Shown piece after piece: positions 7,227 through 15,803 of a stretch of DNA of 64,000 nucleotides; position 1 is the first letter of the stretch; every line of letters begins with the position of its first letter. The notes beneath the pieces are model-generated. The model was not told the origin of the DNA and searched no databases. It saw nothing but the letters and a program-made list of their open reading frames with translations. Origin of the DNA: a virus. The stretch spans positions 1 to 64,000 of IMG/VR virus record IMGVR_UViG_3300027971_000044; one strand, given 5' to 3'. The position numbers and the translations under genes were made by a program.

Positions 7227-7457
7227 ATGGCATCAAAAGATCTTAACAAGGATGGAAAGGTTACAATGACAGAGGAAATTTTAGCAGCGCTTGGAACATA
7301 TGCTCGTGCATTTCTTTCAGCATCTATTGCTCTATACATGACTGGGAATACAAATCCGAAGGATTTACTAATGGGCGGTATCGCAGCCGTTGCTCCAGTT
7401 ATCCTAAAGGCTCTAAGCCCAAGCAACCAAGAATTTGGCTTCAAGGCTAAAAAGTAA
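7227..7457 (+). CDS. putative holin
   Basis: 76 aa, two hydrophobic helices, C-terminal LSPSNQEFG plus basic tail; SD GGAG. Confidence 0.6.
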   Translation: MASKDLNKDGKVTMTEEILAALGTYARAFLSASIALYMTGNTNPKDLLMGGIAAVAPVILKALSPSNQEFGFKAKK

Positions 7458-7482
7458 CAAATAATTTAATATCGATTAGGAT

Positions 7483-7514
7483 GGCTCCTATGCTAAAATA
7501 AGCATAGGAGTTTT
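7483..7514 (+). terminator. intrinsic terminator overlapping an extended -10 element
   Basis: CTCCTATGCT-AAAATA-AGCATAGGAG-TTTT; contains TGCTAAAAT. Confidence 0.6.
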
Positions 7515-7535
7515 CCTATTTAGGAGTACTAGCAA

Positions 7536-7886
7536 ATGGCAGGACAAAAGAATTTCGAAGTGGATCAAAATGCCACTTTTTCATTTATTGTTGAATATAA
7601 AGACAATGATGGATTACCTATTGACTTAACAGGCGCAACAGCAAAAATGCAAGTCCGTGATACAAAAGGCGGAGCAAAACTAGCATTTACTTTAACGTCA
7701 CCTTCAACGGGAGGGATTACAATAACCCCGCTACTTGGTAAGCTAACTATAAAGATGACCCCTACGCAAACGAATAAACTATTCTATCCAAAATCATCAT
7801 ATGACATTATGGTGACAGACTCAAACGCAAACAAAATTAAATTGCTAGAGGGATTTATAACCCTTAGCAGATCGGTGACAATCTAA
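7536..7886 (+). CDS. virion structural protein (BppU N-terminal-like Ig fold)
   Basis: DQNATF..., PIDLTGATAKMQVR, YDIMVTD, KLLEGFITLSRSVT pattern. Confidence 0.7.
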   Translation: MAGQKNFEVDQNATFSFIVEYKDNDGLPIDLTGATAKMQVRDTKGGAKLAFTLTSPSTGGITITPLLGKLTIKMTPTQTNKLFYPKSSYDIMVTDSNANKIKLLEGFITLSRSVTI

Positions 7887-8323
7887 TGGTAGAAACAATT
7901 GTTGTAACGGTACCAAACAATGAAGTCGTTGTTTCAACTCCTGGCCCACAAGGTGCAAGAGGAAAAAGTATCCTTAATGGGGCAGGGGTTCCCTCAGAGA
8001 ACTTAGGCCTTGAAGGAGATTTTTACTACGATAAAAATACAACAAGATTCTATGGTCCAAAACCAACAGATCTAACTTGGGCGGGAGCCACAAGTTACCT
8101 TCTAAATATGACCTTGGAATACACATGGGAGCTCACACAGGTAACAGGCCCAGTAAATGGGGTATATTCTGTAATTATTAATCATAATCTAGGCATGAAG
8201 CCAAATGTTACGATTAAATCAAGCGCAGGAGATGTTTTAGAAACTGGAATAGATTATAATAGTAATAACAGAATTACACTGACAATGGCTCAACCATTCT
8301 CAGGGACAGCGTACCTGTCTTAA
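7886..8323 (+). CDS. virion protein with short collagen-like motif
   Basis: PGPQGARG, G.EGDFYYD..T..FYGPK, INHNLG.KPNVT. Confidence 0.7.
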   Translation: MVETIVVTVPNNEVVVSTPGPQGARGKSILNGAGVPSENLGLEGDFYYDKNTTRFYGPKPTDLTWAGATSYLLNMTLEYTWELTQVTGPVNGVYSVIINHNLGMKPNVTIKSSAGDVLETGIDYNSNNRITLTMAQPFSGTAYLS

Positions 8324-8335
8324 GGGAGTTAGCAA

Positions 8336-9769
8336 ATGGCAAGAAAATTTTTAGTTAGCGTTGATCTCAACAAGAATGAGCTTCTTAATGCTAGAATCCA
8401 GAACTTAGGCGCTGCACCATCTAGCCCAGTAACTGGACAGATTTACTACGATACATCTGATTATAAGATGTATTACTACAATGGACTGTCTGCACCAGAC
8501 GGCCCATGGATGCCAATGTCTGGATCAACAGAAGTTATCCAAGATGTTATTGGAGCATCAGTCCTTGCTGGTACAGCTTTAACAGCAACATATAATGATA
8601 CAGCAGGAACAACAACTCTTAGACTTAATGATACAGCGGTAACACCTGGCTCATACGGTTCACAAACAGCAATTCCTACGTTTACAGTAGATGCTCAAGG
8701 TCGTTTGACTGCGGCAGGAACTGTAACAGTAGCAACAACACTTTCAATTGCTGCAGAATCTGGAACACCAGATACAGTAAACCTTCTTACAGATACTTTA
8801 ACATTTGCCGCAGGCGAAGGCATTGATACCACTGTAACAAATAATACAATTACAATTGCTGGAGAAGATGCAACATCAAGCAACAAGGGTATTGCAAGCT
8901 TTGATTCAACAGACTTTACTGTAACATCAGGCAACGTAGTATTAAATGCAGAAAGAGTCCAAGACATTGTTGGTGGCATGGTTACAGCACCAAATACAGA
9001 GTCTGGAATTTCTGTTACATACGACGATACAAATGGAAAACTTGATTTTGATACAAATGATTTCAGTATTACTCTTACAGGAGATGTGACAGGTTCTGGA
9101 ACAGTAACAAATCTAGGCAACGTAAGCTTTGCAGCTACAATTCAGCCAAACTCTGTAGCTCTTGGGACAGATACAACTGGATCATATATTTCAACAGTAG
9201 CTGGAACAACAAATGAGATTGAAGTATCTGGTTCAGGTGGAGAAACAGCAGCAGTTACAATTGGGTTGCCAGATGATGTAACAATTACCAACAACCTTAC
9301 AGTTGGCGGTAACTTAAATGTAACTGGAACAATTAACTCAGTAAATACAACACAGGTAAATATCGTTGATAATAAGATTAACCTTAATACCGACTTTACA
9401 GGTACACCAACAGTAGATGCTGGTATCCGTGTAGAGCGTGGAACGTCTTCTGATGTTGAAATTTTGTGGAGAGAGTCTGCTGGCTCAAGTCAGTCAGCTA
9501 CAACATGGGGATTGACAAATGATGGTACAAACTATCACTCAATTGCACGTAAATGGTCTTCAGATATTACAACAACAGTTGTATCTCCATACACATTTAC
9601 AGCAACACATAATTTAGGCACACGGGATGTTATAGTACAAGTTTTTGCCACATCTTCTCCATATGCACAAATTGAGTGTGATGTTGATCATACATCAACA
9701 AATGCTGTAACATTAACATTTGCATCAGCACCAACAGCAGGAGCATATAGAGTAGTAATTACAGGATAA
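8336..9769 (+). CDS. tail fibre/decoration protein
   Basis: Thr-rich beta repeats, TVDAQGRLTAA, LTVGGNLNVTG, AGIRVERG, C-terminal THNLGTRDV domain. Confidence 0.75.
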   Translation: MARKFLVSVDLNKNELLNARIQNLGAAPSSPVTGQIYYDTSDYKMYYYNGLSAPDGPWMPMSGSTEVIQDVIGASVLAGTALTATYNDTAGTTTLRLNDTAVTPGSYGSQTAIPTFTVDAQGRLTAAGTVTVATTLSIAAESGTPDTVNLLTDTLTFAAGEGIDTTVTNNTITIAGEDATSSNKGIASFDSTDFTVTSGNVVLNAERVQDIVGGMVTAPNTESGISVTYDDTNGKLDFDTNDFSITLTGDVTGSGTVTNLGNVSFAATIQPNSVALGTDTTGSYISTVAGTTNEIEVSGSGGETAAVTIGLPDDVTITNNLTVGGNLNVTGTINSVNTTQVNIVDNKINLNTDFTGTPTVDAGIRVERGTSSDVEILWRESAGSSQSATTWGLTNDGTNYHSIARKWSSDITTTVVSPYTFTATHNLGTRDVIVQVFATSSPYAQIECDVDHTSTNAVTLTFASAPTAGAYRVVITG

Positions 9770-9771
9770 TC

Positions 9772-10233
9772 ATGGCAAAGCAATTTAAAACTACGATTGC
9801 CCCGCCAGCTTTAGCTACAGACCCAAATGGTACCTATGCTGGAGAGATATACTATAATACTGTTTCTGGTGCATTAAAGATTTTCAACGGCTCTACTTGG
9901 TCTCTGCTAACTGGATCAGGCGGAGGAACTGGAACGTCAAATTCATTTGAAGTTCTTGATGTACCACCAGCCTCACCAGCACAAGGAAGAACATATTTTG
10001 ATTCTTCCGAGAATACAGTAAAAGTTTATAACGGAGCAATTTGGTATGATGTTGCGGGACCAAAAGAATTACTTGATCACCAACACTATGCAGGAGATGG
10101 ATCTGTAAAATATGTAGAGTATGGTAATTACGTAGAATTTGGTAATTATTTAGTTTCAATGGATGGCGGAAGCGCTAGTTCAAACTACTCTTCAGCACCA
10201 AATAATGATATAATTGACGGAGGGATGGCATAA
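9772..10233 (+). CDS. virion fibre-associated protein
   Basis: Two GxxYYN/FD...K.YNG..W beta modules; IDGG C-terminus. Confidence 0.7.
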   Translation: MAKQFKTTIAPPALATDPNGTYAGEIYYNTVSGALKIFNGSTWSLLTGSGGGTGTSNSFEVLDVPPASPAQGRTYFDSSENTVKVYNGAIWYDVAGPKELLDHQHYAGDGSVKYVEYGNYVEFGNYLVSMDGGSASSNYSSAPNNDIIDGGMA

Positions 10234-10236
10234 AAA

Positions 10237-12519
10237 ATGGCAATTAGAATTCAACTTAGAAGAGATACCGCAGCAAATTGGGTATCAAGCAATCCAGTCT
10301 TACGTCAAGGTGAAATTGGTATTGAAACAGATACCTTACAGATGAAGCTTGGCAACGGAACAAGCACATGGACACAAATAACATCCTACATGAACTTGGT
10401 TCCAGATGGTAACTTAACAATCGGGGACTATGTAATGGTCAACGATATTGGAGCATCACTTGGAGTTGTAGGTTTAGATAGTAGCAAAAATGCCCTAATC
10501 CCAGGATCTTCTATTATAGTAGAAGGCGCAACAGATAATTCATTTGAAACAACCCTTACAGTAATAGATCCAACAGCAGATAGAACAATTACATTTAAAA
10601 ATGCTGATGGAACAGTAGCGTTTGTAGCAGATATCCCTACAACTACAGATGCACTTGCAGAAGGCGCAACAAATAAGTATTTCTCAGATGAGCGGGCACA
10701 AGATGCTGTAGCAAATTCACTAGCAGCAGGTACCCATACAAATATTACAGTCACATATAATGATGCAGCAAATTCACTAAGTCTTGCCGCCGCTCCAGGA
10801 TATGTAGATGAGCAAGCAGTAGATGCAGTAGCTGCAGCGTTAGCTGCAGGAACACACACAAATATTTCAGTATCGTATAATGATGCTGGCAATGCAATTT
10901 CATTAACAGGTGCACAAACCTATAACGATGAAAATGCACAGGATGCAATCGGAAACAACCTAGGCACAGGACTATCATATAATGATACAACTGGTGCTAT
11001 ATCAGTAGATACATCAACAATTCAGGCACGAGTAGCAAATATTACAGATACAGAGATTGGATATCTTGATGGAGTAACATCTGCAATTCAAACACAGATT
11101 AATGCTAAAGCCCCTATTGCCTCACCAACATTTACAGGAACTGTTTCTGGAGTTACTGCAACACATGTTGGACTTGGTAATGTTGATAATACTTCAGATG
11201 CTAATAAGCCAGTTTCAACTGCTACACAAACAGCACTTGATTTTAAAGCCCCACTTGCTTCTCCAGCATTAACTGGAATTCCAACGGCGCCAACAGCAGT
11301 TTCTTCAACAAATACAACACAGGTTGCAACAACCGCATATGTTAAGTCTGTAGTATCAGATCTGACAAATGGCGCAGGTGCAGCATATGATACGCTAAAA
11401 GAATTACAAGATTTAATAATTGCAGATGAAGGAGCAGTATCTTCATTAACCACATTAGTTGGAACTAAAGCACCTATTGCTTCTCCAACATTTACAGGTA
11501 CAGTTTCAGGTATTACAAAGTCAATGGTTGGCTTAGGAAACGTAGACAATACAACAGATGCAGGAAAACCTGTCTCAACAGCAACTCAAACAGCCCTTGA
11601 TCTCAAACTTGCTTCTGCTACAGCAGCATCAACCTATGCACCAATTGCTTCTCCAACATTTACAGGCACAGTGTCTGGAATTACAAAAACAATGGTGGGC
11701 CTAGGAAACGTTGATAACACAACTGATGCAGCCAAACCCGTTTCTACAGCAACCCAGACAGCACTTGACCTTAAGCTTGCATCAGCAACAGCTGCTACAA
11801 CTTACGAAACAATTACTAACGTAGCATTAAAGGCACCAATTGCTTCTCCAACATTTACTGGTACAGTATCTGGTATAACAGCGACAATGGTAGGACTCGG
11901 TAGCGTAGATAATACTTCAGATGCAGCCAAACCAATTTCTACAGCAACACAAACAGCATTAGATGCACGGATTGCAAAATCATTAGTTGATGCTAAGGGA
12001 GATCTTATAGTAGCGTCTGCAGATAATACTGTAGCTCGACTTGGAGTCGGAACAAATGGATATTTGCTCACAGCTAATTCAGCTGCTACAAATGGAGTTG
12101 AATGGGCGGCAGCACCAGTAAGCCTTCCTTCTCAAACAGGAAATTCAGGAAAGTACCTAACTACAGATGGAACATCTGCAACATGGGGAACTCTAGTAGT
12201 ACCAATCTCAACTGGAACAGTAACTGTAAATCAGAACACTGCACAGGATGTAGATACAACAGCATTATCAGCATTTACAAGTATTGAATATATGGTCTCA
12301 ATTAAACAGGGATCAAAGACTAGAACATCTAAAGTAATTCTACAAACCGATGGAACATCAGTAGATATGACAGAGTTTGCAATTACAGAAACAGGCGGGA
12401 CACTAGCAGGAGTTGTAGTTTCAGCAACTACAGCATCTTCAAATGGTAAATTGCAGGTAACTGTAACAGATGCACTAAGTACAAATGCAACAGTAAAATT
12501 TAGCAAGATAGCGCTTTAA
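10237..12519 (+). CDS. tail fibre with Mtd N-terminal-like domain
   Basis: IRIQLRRDTAANW.SSNPVL..GEIGIETDT..MKLGNG; internal repeats. Confidence 0.8.
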   Translation: MAIRIQLRRDTAANWVSSNPVLRQGEIGIETDTLQMKLGNGTSTWTQITSYMNLVPDGNLTIGDYVMVNDIGASLGVVGLDSSKNALIPGSSIIVEGATDNSFETTLTVIDPTADRTITFKNADGTVAFVADIPTTTDALAEGATNKYFSDERAQDAVANSLAAGTHTNITVTYNDAANSLSLAAAPGYVDEQAVDAVAAALAAGTHTNISVSYNDAGNAISLTGAQTYNDENAQDAIGNNLGTGLSYNDTTGAISVDTSTIQARVANITDTEIGYLDGVTSAIQTQINAKAPIASPTFTGTVSGVTATHVGLGNVDNTSDANKPVSTATQTALDFKAPLASPALTGIPTAPTAVSSTNTTQVATTAYVKSVVSDLTNGAGAAYDTLKELQDLIIADEGAVSSLTTLVGTKAPIASPTFTGTVSGITKSMVGLGNVDNTTDAGKPVSTATQTALDLKLASATAASTYAPIASPTFTGTVSGITKTMVGLGNVDNTTDAAKPVSTATQTALDLKLASATAATTYETITNVALKAPIASPTFTGTVSGITATMVGLGSVDNTSDAAKPISTATQTALDARIAKSLVDAKGDLIVASADNTVARLGVGTNGYLLTANSAATNGVEWAAAPVSLPSQTGNSGKYLTTDGTSATWGTLVVPISTGTVTVNQNTAQDVDTTALSAFTSIEYMVSIKQGSKTRTSKVILQTDGTSVDMTEFAITETGGTLAGVVVSATTASSNGKLQVTVTDALSTNATVKFSKIAL
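11107..11965 (+). repeat. four copies of a ~45 aa coding repeat
   Basis: APIASPTFTGTVSG.T...VGLG.VDNT.DA.KP.STATQTALD at about 11107, 11468, 11638 and 11831. Confidence 0.85.
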
Positions 12520-12533
12520 GGGGGTAAGCAGTA

Positions 12534-13256
12534 ATGTCAAATAAAGACTTTAAGGTTAAAAATGGCTTACAAGTTCCTTCCTTATCTTCTGGAATTGTAA
12601 CAACAGATTCATCTGGTGTTATTTCCTCTGTTTCTATCCTTCCAATATCAAGCGGAGGAACTGGACAATCTACAGCAAATAATGCTCTCAATGCCTTCCT
12701 GCCAATTCAAAACGGTGGAACTGTAAATTATACAATCCAATCAGATGGTACTAATGTATCCTGGGCTAAGCTATATAATCAGTTAATTCAAGATGCAGGA
12801 GTTTCTGTAAATCCCCGCCGAAATGTAAATTTTGTAGGGGCTACATTTGCAGATAATTCGGGAACAGATACTACTACAATTACATTGCCAACTGGCGCAA
12901 AGTATCAAACATCTGCCCCATCTAGTCCAGTAGTTGGACAAATTTGGGTGGACTCAGACGATGAAGTAGATACATTTAATCCTTATATTATTAGCAGAAC
13001 TAAATTTACAGCAACTAGCGGACAGACTACATTTGCCACAACACAAACTTTTATTCAGGGGTATGAACAAGTATTCCTTAATGGTATACTTTTAGTATAC
13101 GGAGATGACTATACAACTCCTACTACATCTTCCGTCGTTTTATCTTCAGGAGCAGCAGTTTCAGATTCAGTAGAAATTTTTATTCAAACTAATTTATCTG
13201 CATACGTTGTTGATACGCCTCTTAGGGCCTCAACATTTATGTTGATGGGGGCATAA
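12534..13256 (+). CDS. fibre adaptor-like protein (NKDFKVKN family)
   Basis: MSNKDFKVKNG N-terminus; FTATSGQTTF...VFLNGILL..GDDYT domain shared with 22877. Confidence 0.7.
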   Translation: MSNKDFKVKNGLQVPSLSSGIVTTDSSGVISSVSILPISSGGTGQSTANNALNAFLPIQNGGTVNYTIQSDGTNVSWAKLYNQLIQDAGVSVNPRRNVNFVGATFADNSGTDTTTITLPTGAKYQTSAPSSPVVGQIWVDSDDEVDTFNPYIISRTKFTATSGQTTFATTQTFIQGYEQVFLNGILLVYGDDYTTPTTSSVVLSSGAAVSDSVEIFIQTNLSAYVVDTPLRASTFMLMGA

Positions 13257-13600
13257 TGGCAACAGAAGTATTTAAGATACTAGGGCAGGTAGCACCAGGA
13301 ACAACTAATACAGCATTGTATACCGTTCCAACAGGTAAGTCTGCAGTCATATCAACTATTGCTGTATGTAATCAAACATCTGGTGATGTAACATTTAGAA
13401 TTGCTACACAAAAAGCAGCAGATGCCTCAACAAATACAATTTTAGCTAAACAATATATTGCGTATGGTTCAACAGTAGCTGCCAACGACACAACATTTGT
13501 CACTATCGGAGCTACGCTTGCAGCGGGAGATCAAATAATCGTTTACGGTTCATCTTCTAGCATCTCATTTAACGCATATGGCTCCGAGGTGACACCTTAA
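13256..13600 (+). CDS. small virion protein
   Basis: LYTVP..KSAVISTIAVCN...GATLAAGDQI...AYGSE pattern; TAATG coupled on both sides. Confidence 0.7.
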   Translation: MATEVFKILGQVAPGTTNTALYTVPTGKSAVISTIAVCNQTSGDVTFRIATQKAADASTNTILAKQYIAYGSTVAANDTTFVTIGATLAAGDQIIVYGSSSSISFNAYGSEVTP

Positions 13601-15399
13601 TGGCGATAAGTAAATTAAATCCTTCAGCAGGTGGCATTCCTTTTGGAAATACAGCGGGACGCCCTACAGCAGCAACAGGTAAACTTTATTCAAATGGCGA
13701 AACTGCTAGACTAGAATTATATACCGCCACAGGGTGGCAAAACATTGTTCAAGAAGTTCCAGGCGTAGCCTCAATTACGGGAAATTATTCAGAAGCAACA
13801 AATTCTGGAACAATTACAATTCAAGGCACTAACTTTGTTTCAGGAGCAATTGCATCAGCAATTGGATCCAATGGAGTAGAAGTTCTAGCATCATCAACAA
13901 CTTATAATTCACTAGTACAATTAACAGCAGTGTTTACAGGATTGTCAAATGCCAATGAGCCTTATGACATTAAGGTAACAAATCCTTCAAACCTATTTGG
14001 AATGATTCCAGATGCACTTTATGTTAACGCTTCTCCAGTATGGACAACCACGGCTGGAACATTGGGAACATTCGGAGACAGCGTAGCAATATCTGTTTCA
14101 GCAACGGCCACAGATTCTGACTCAACAATAACTTACTCATTAGCATCAGGCTCAACTTTGCCTTCAGGTATAAATTTAAATTCTTCAACTGGTGCAATCT
14201 CAGGAACTCTTCCAGATATTGCTTCTAATACAACATATACTTTTACAATTAATGCATCAGATGAGGTGAATCCTGTAGTGCCAAGAACATTTAGTTTTGT
14301 TTCTAATGCAGCCCCAATTTGGTCTACATCAAGTGGATCATTAGGAACATTTAATAAATATACAAGTATTAGTCTAACAGTTGCCGCAGCAGATGTTTCA
14401 GATTCAATTACCTACGCATTAGCAAGCGGATCAACACTACCAACTGGAGTTACACTAAACTCTTCAACTGGAGTTATTTCAGGAATACTTCCAAATATTG
14501 CGTCAAACACAACCTATACCTTTACAATAAATGCAACAGATGGAGTTAATACAGTACCAAGAGCATTTAGTATTACATCTGAGCCAAGCATTACTTTTGA
14601 GTATCTTCTTGCAGGCGGAGGCGGAGGAGGCGGAGGAGGATATCAAGGAGGCGGAGGCGGAGCAGGGGGACTACTATACGGAACTTTATCTAAATCAGCT
14701 GGGACGTATAATATTAGTATAGGATCATCTGGTGTTGGTGCAGCTAGTGGCACTGAAGGAACAAGTGGAGGAAATACATCAGCATTTGATCTTATTGCAT
14801 ATGGTGGCGGAAAGGGCGCTGGCGAAATGCAATCAATGAGTCTTAGTGGTAGTGTTTATGCATTAGGCGGAGGCTCAGCAGGAGGAAGAGGGCACCCAAC
14901 TTATCAATTAGCATCTGCAACCTCGGCAGTTTCTGGTCAAGGAAACATAGGAGGATCTTATACAAATTGTTGTGTCATGGGCGGTGGCGGCGGCGCAGGC
15001 TCAGCAGGTGCAGACGCAACCCTTTCTCCAGAAAAAGGTGGTAATGGTGGATCTGGAATTTCATCTTCAATAACAGGAACATCACAATTTTATTCAGGCG
15101 GTGGCGGAGGTGCATCTAGATCTGGAGGAGCTGGAGGAACAGGAGGATCTGGTGTTGGAGGTAATGGAGGAGCTAACGGTAATGGATCTAGTGCTTCTTC
15201 ATACGGATCAGGCGGTGGCGGAGGCGGTTCATCAGGTGGAGTAAGTAATGGTGGAAGTGGTTCTTCTGGTGTTTTAATTATAGCTTACCCATCAACTATT
15301 CCAGCTTTAACAATTTCAGGTTTAACATACGATCAACCAACACGTTCTGGATATAGAGTTTATCGGTTTACAGCGGGAACAGGAACGGTAACATTATAA
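13600..15399 (+). CDS. glycine-rich adhesin-like virion protein 1 (Ig/He_PIG repeats + Gly-rich domain)
   Basis: Two cadherin/He_PIG-like repeats, EYLLAGGGGGGG ... GSSGVLIIAYP. Confidence 0.8.
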   Translation: MAISKLNPSAGGIPFGNTAGRPTAATGKLYSNGETARLELYTATGWQNIVQEVPGVASITGNYSEATNSGTITIQGTNFVSGAIASAIGSNGVEVLASSTTYNSLVQLTAVFTGLSNANEPYDIKVTNPSNLFGMIPDALYVNASPVWTTTAGTLGTFGDSVAISVSATATDSDSTITYSLASGSTLPSGINLNSSTGAISGTLPDIASNTTYTFTINASDEVNPVVPRTFSFVSNAAPIWSTSSGSLGTFNKYTSISLTVAAADVSDSITYALASGSTLPTGVTLNSSTGVISGILPNIASNTTYTFTINATDGVNTVPRAFSITSEPSITFEYLLAGGGGGGGGGYQGGGGGAGGLLYGTLSKSAGTYNISIGSSGVGAASGTEGTSGGNTSAFDLIAYGGGKGAGEMQSMSLSGSVYALGGGSAGGRGHPTYQLASATSAVSGQGNIGGSYTNCCVMGGGGGAGSAGADATLSPEKGGNGGSGISSSITGTSQFYSGGGGGASRSGGAGGTGGSGVGGNGGANGNGSSASSYGSGGGGGGSSGGVSNGGSGSSGVLIIAYPSTIPALTISGLTYDQPTRSGYRVYRFTAGTGTVTL

Positions 15400-15803
15400 T
15401 GGCTAAAACAGTTAAAATTTGGAACGGAACAGATTGGGTAGATCTTGGAGTAAAAGCTGCTCTTCCTCCTGATTATATAGATACTACTGCTCTTAATTCC
15501 GCCCTTGCTTCATATAAGCAAGAAGTAAATCTTACAGTATCATCTAACATAACATTAGTGGCGGGACGCAGATATTTTGTTGATACAACAGCTGCTAGAA
15601 CATTAACACTTCCTGCAAGTCCAACACTTGGACAAGAAATTGTAGTTGTAGATGCATCTGGAACAGCTGGAACATATAACATTACAATTAATTCAAACAG
15701 TGGTAAAATTAACGGAACGATTCAAAACCTTACAATTGACGTAGATGGAGCAGGCGCTTCATTAATCTATACAGGTTCGACATATGGCTGGAGGGTAGGA
15801 TAA
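15399..15803 (+). CDS. adaptor-like protein with T4 gp9/gp10-like module
   Basis: YFVDT.AARTLTLPASPTLG...DASG...NITI...YTGSTYGW. Confidence 0.7.
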   Translation: MAKTVKIWNGTDWVDLGVKAALPPDYIDTTALNSALASYKQEVNLTVSSNITLVAGRRYFVDTTAARTLTLPASPTLGQEIVVVDASGTAGTYNITINSNSGKINGTIQNLTIDVDGAGASLIYTGSTYGWRVG

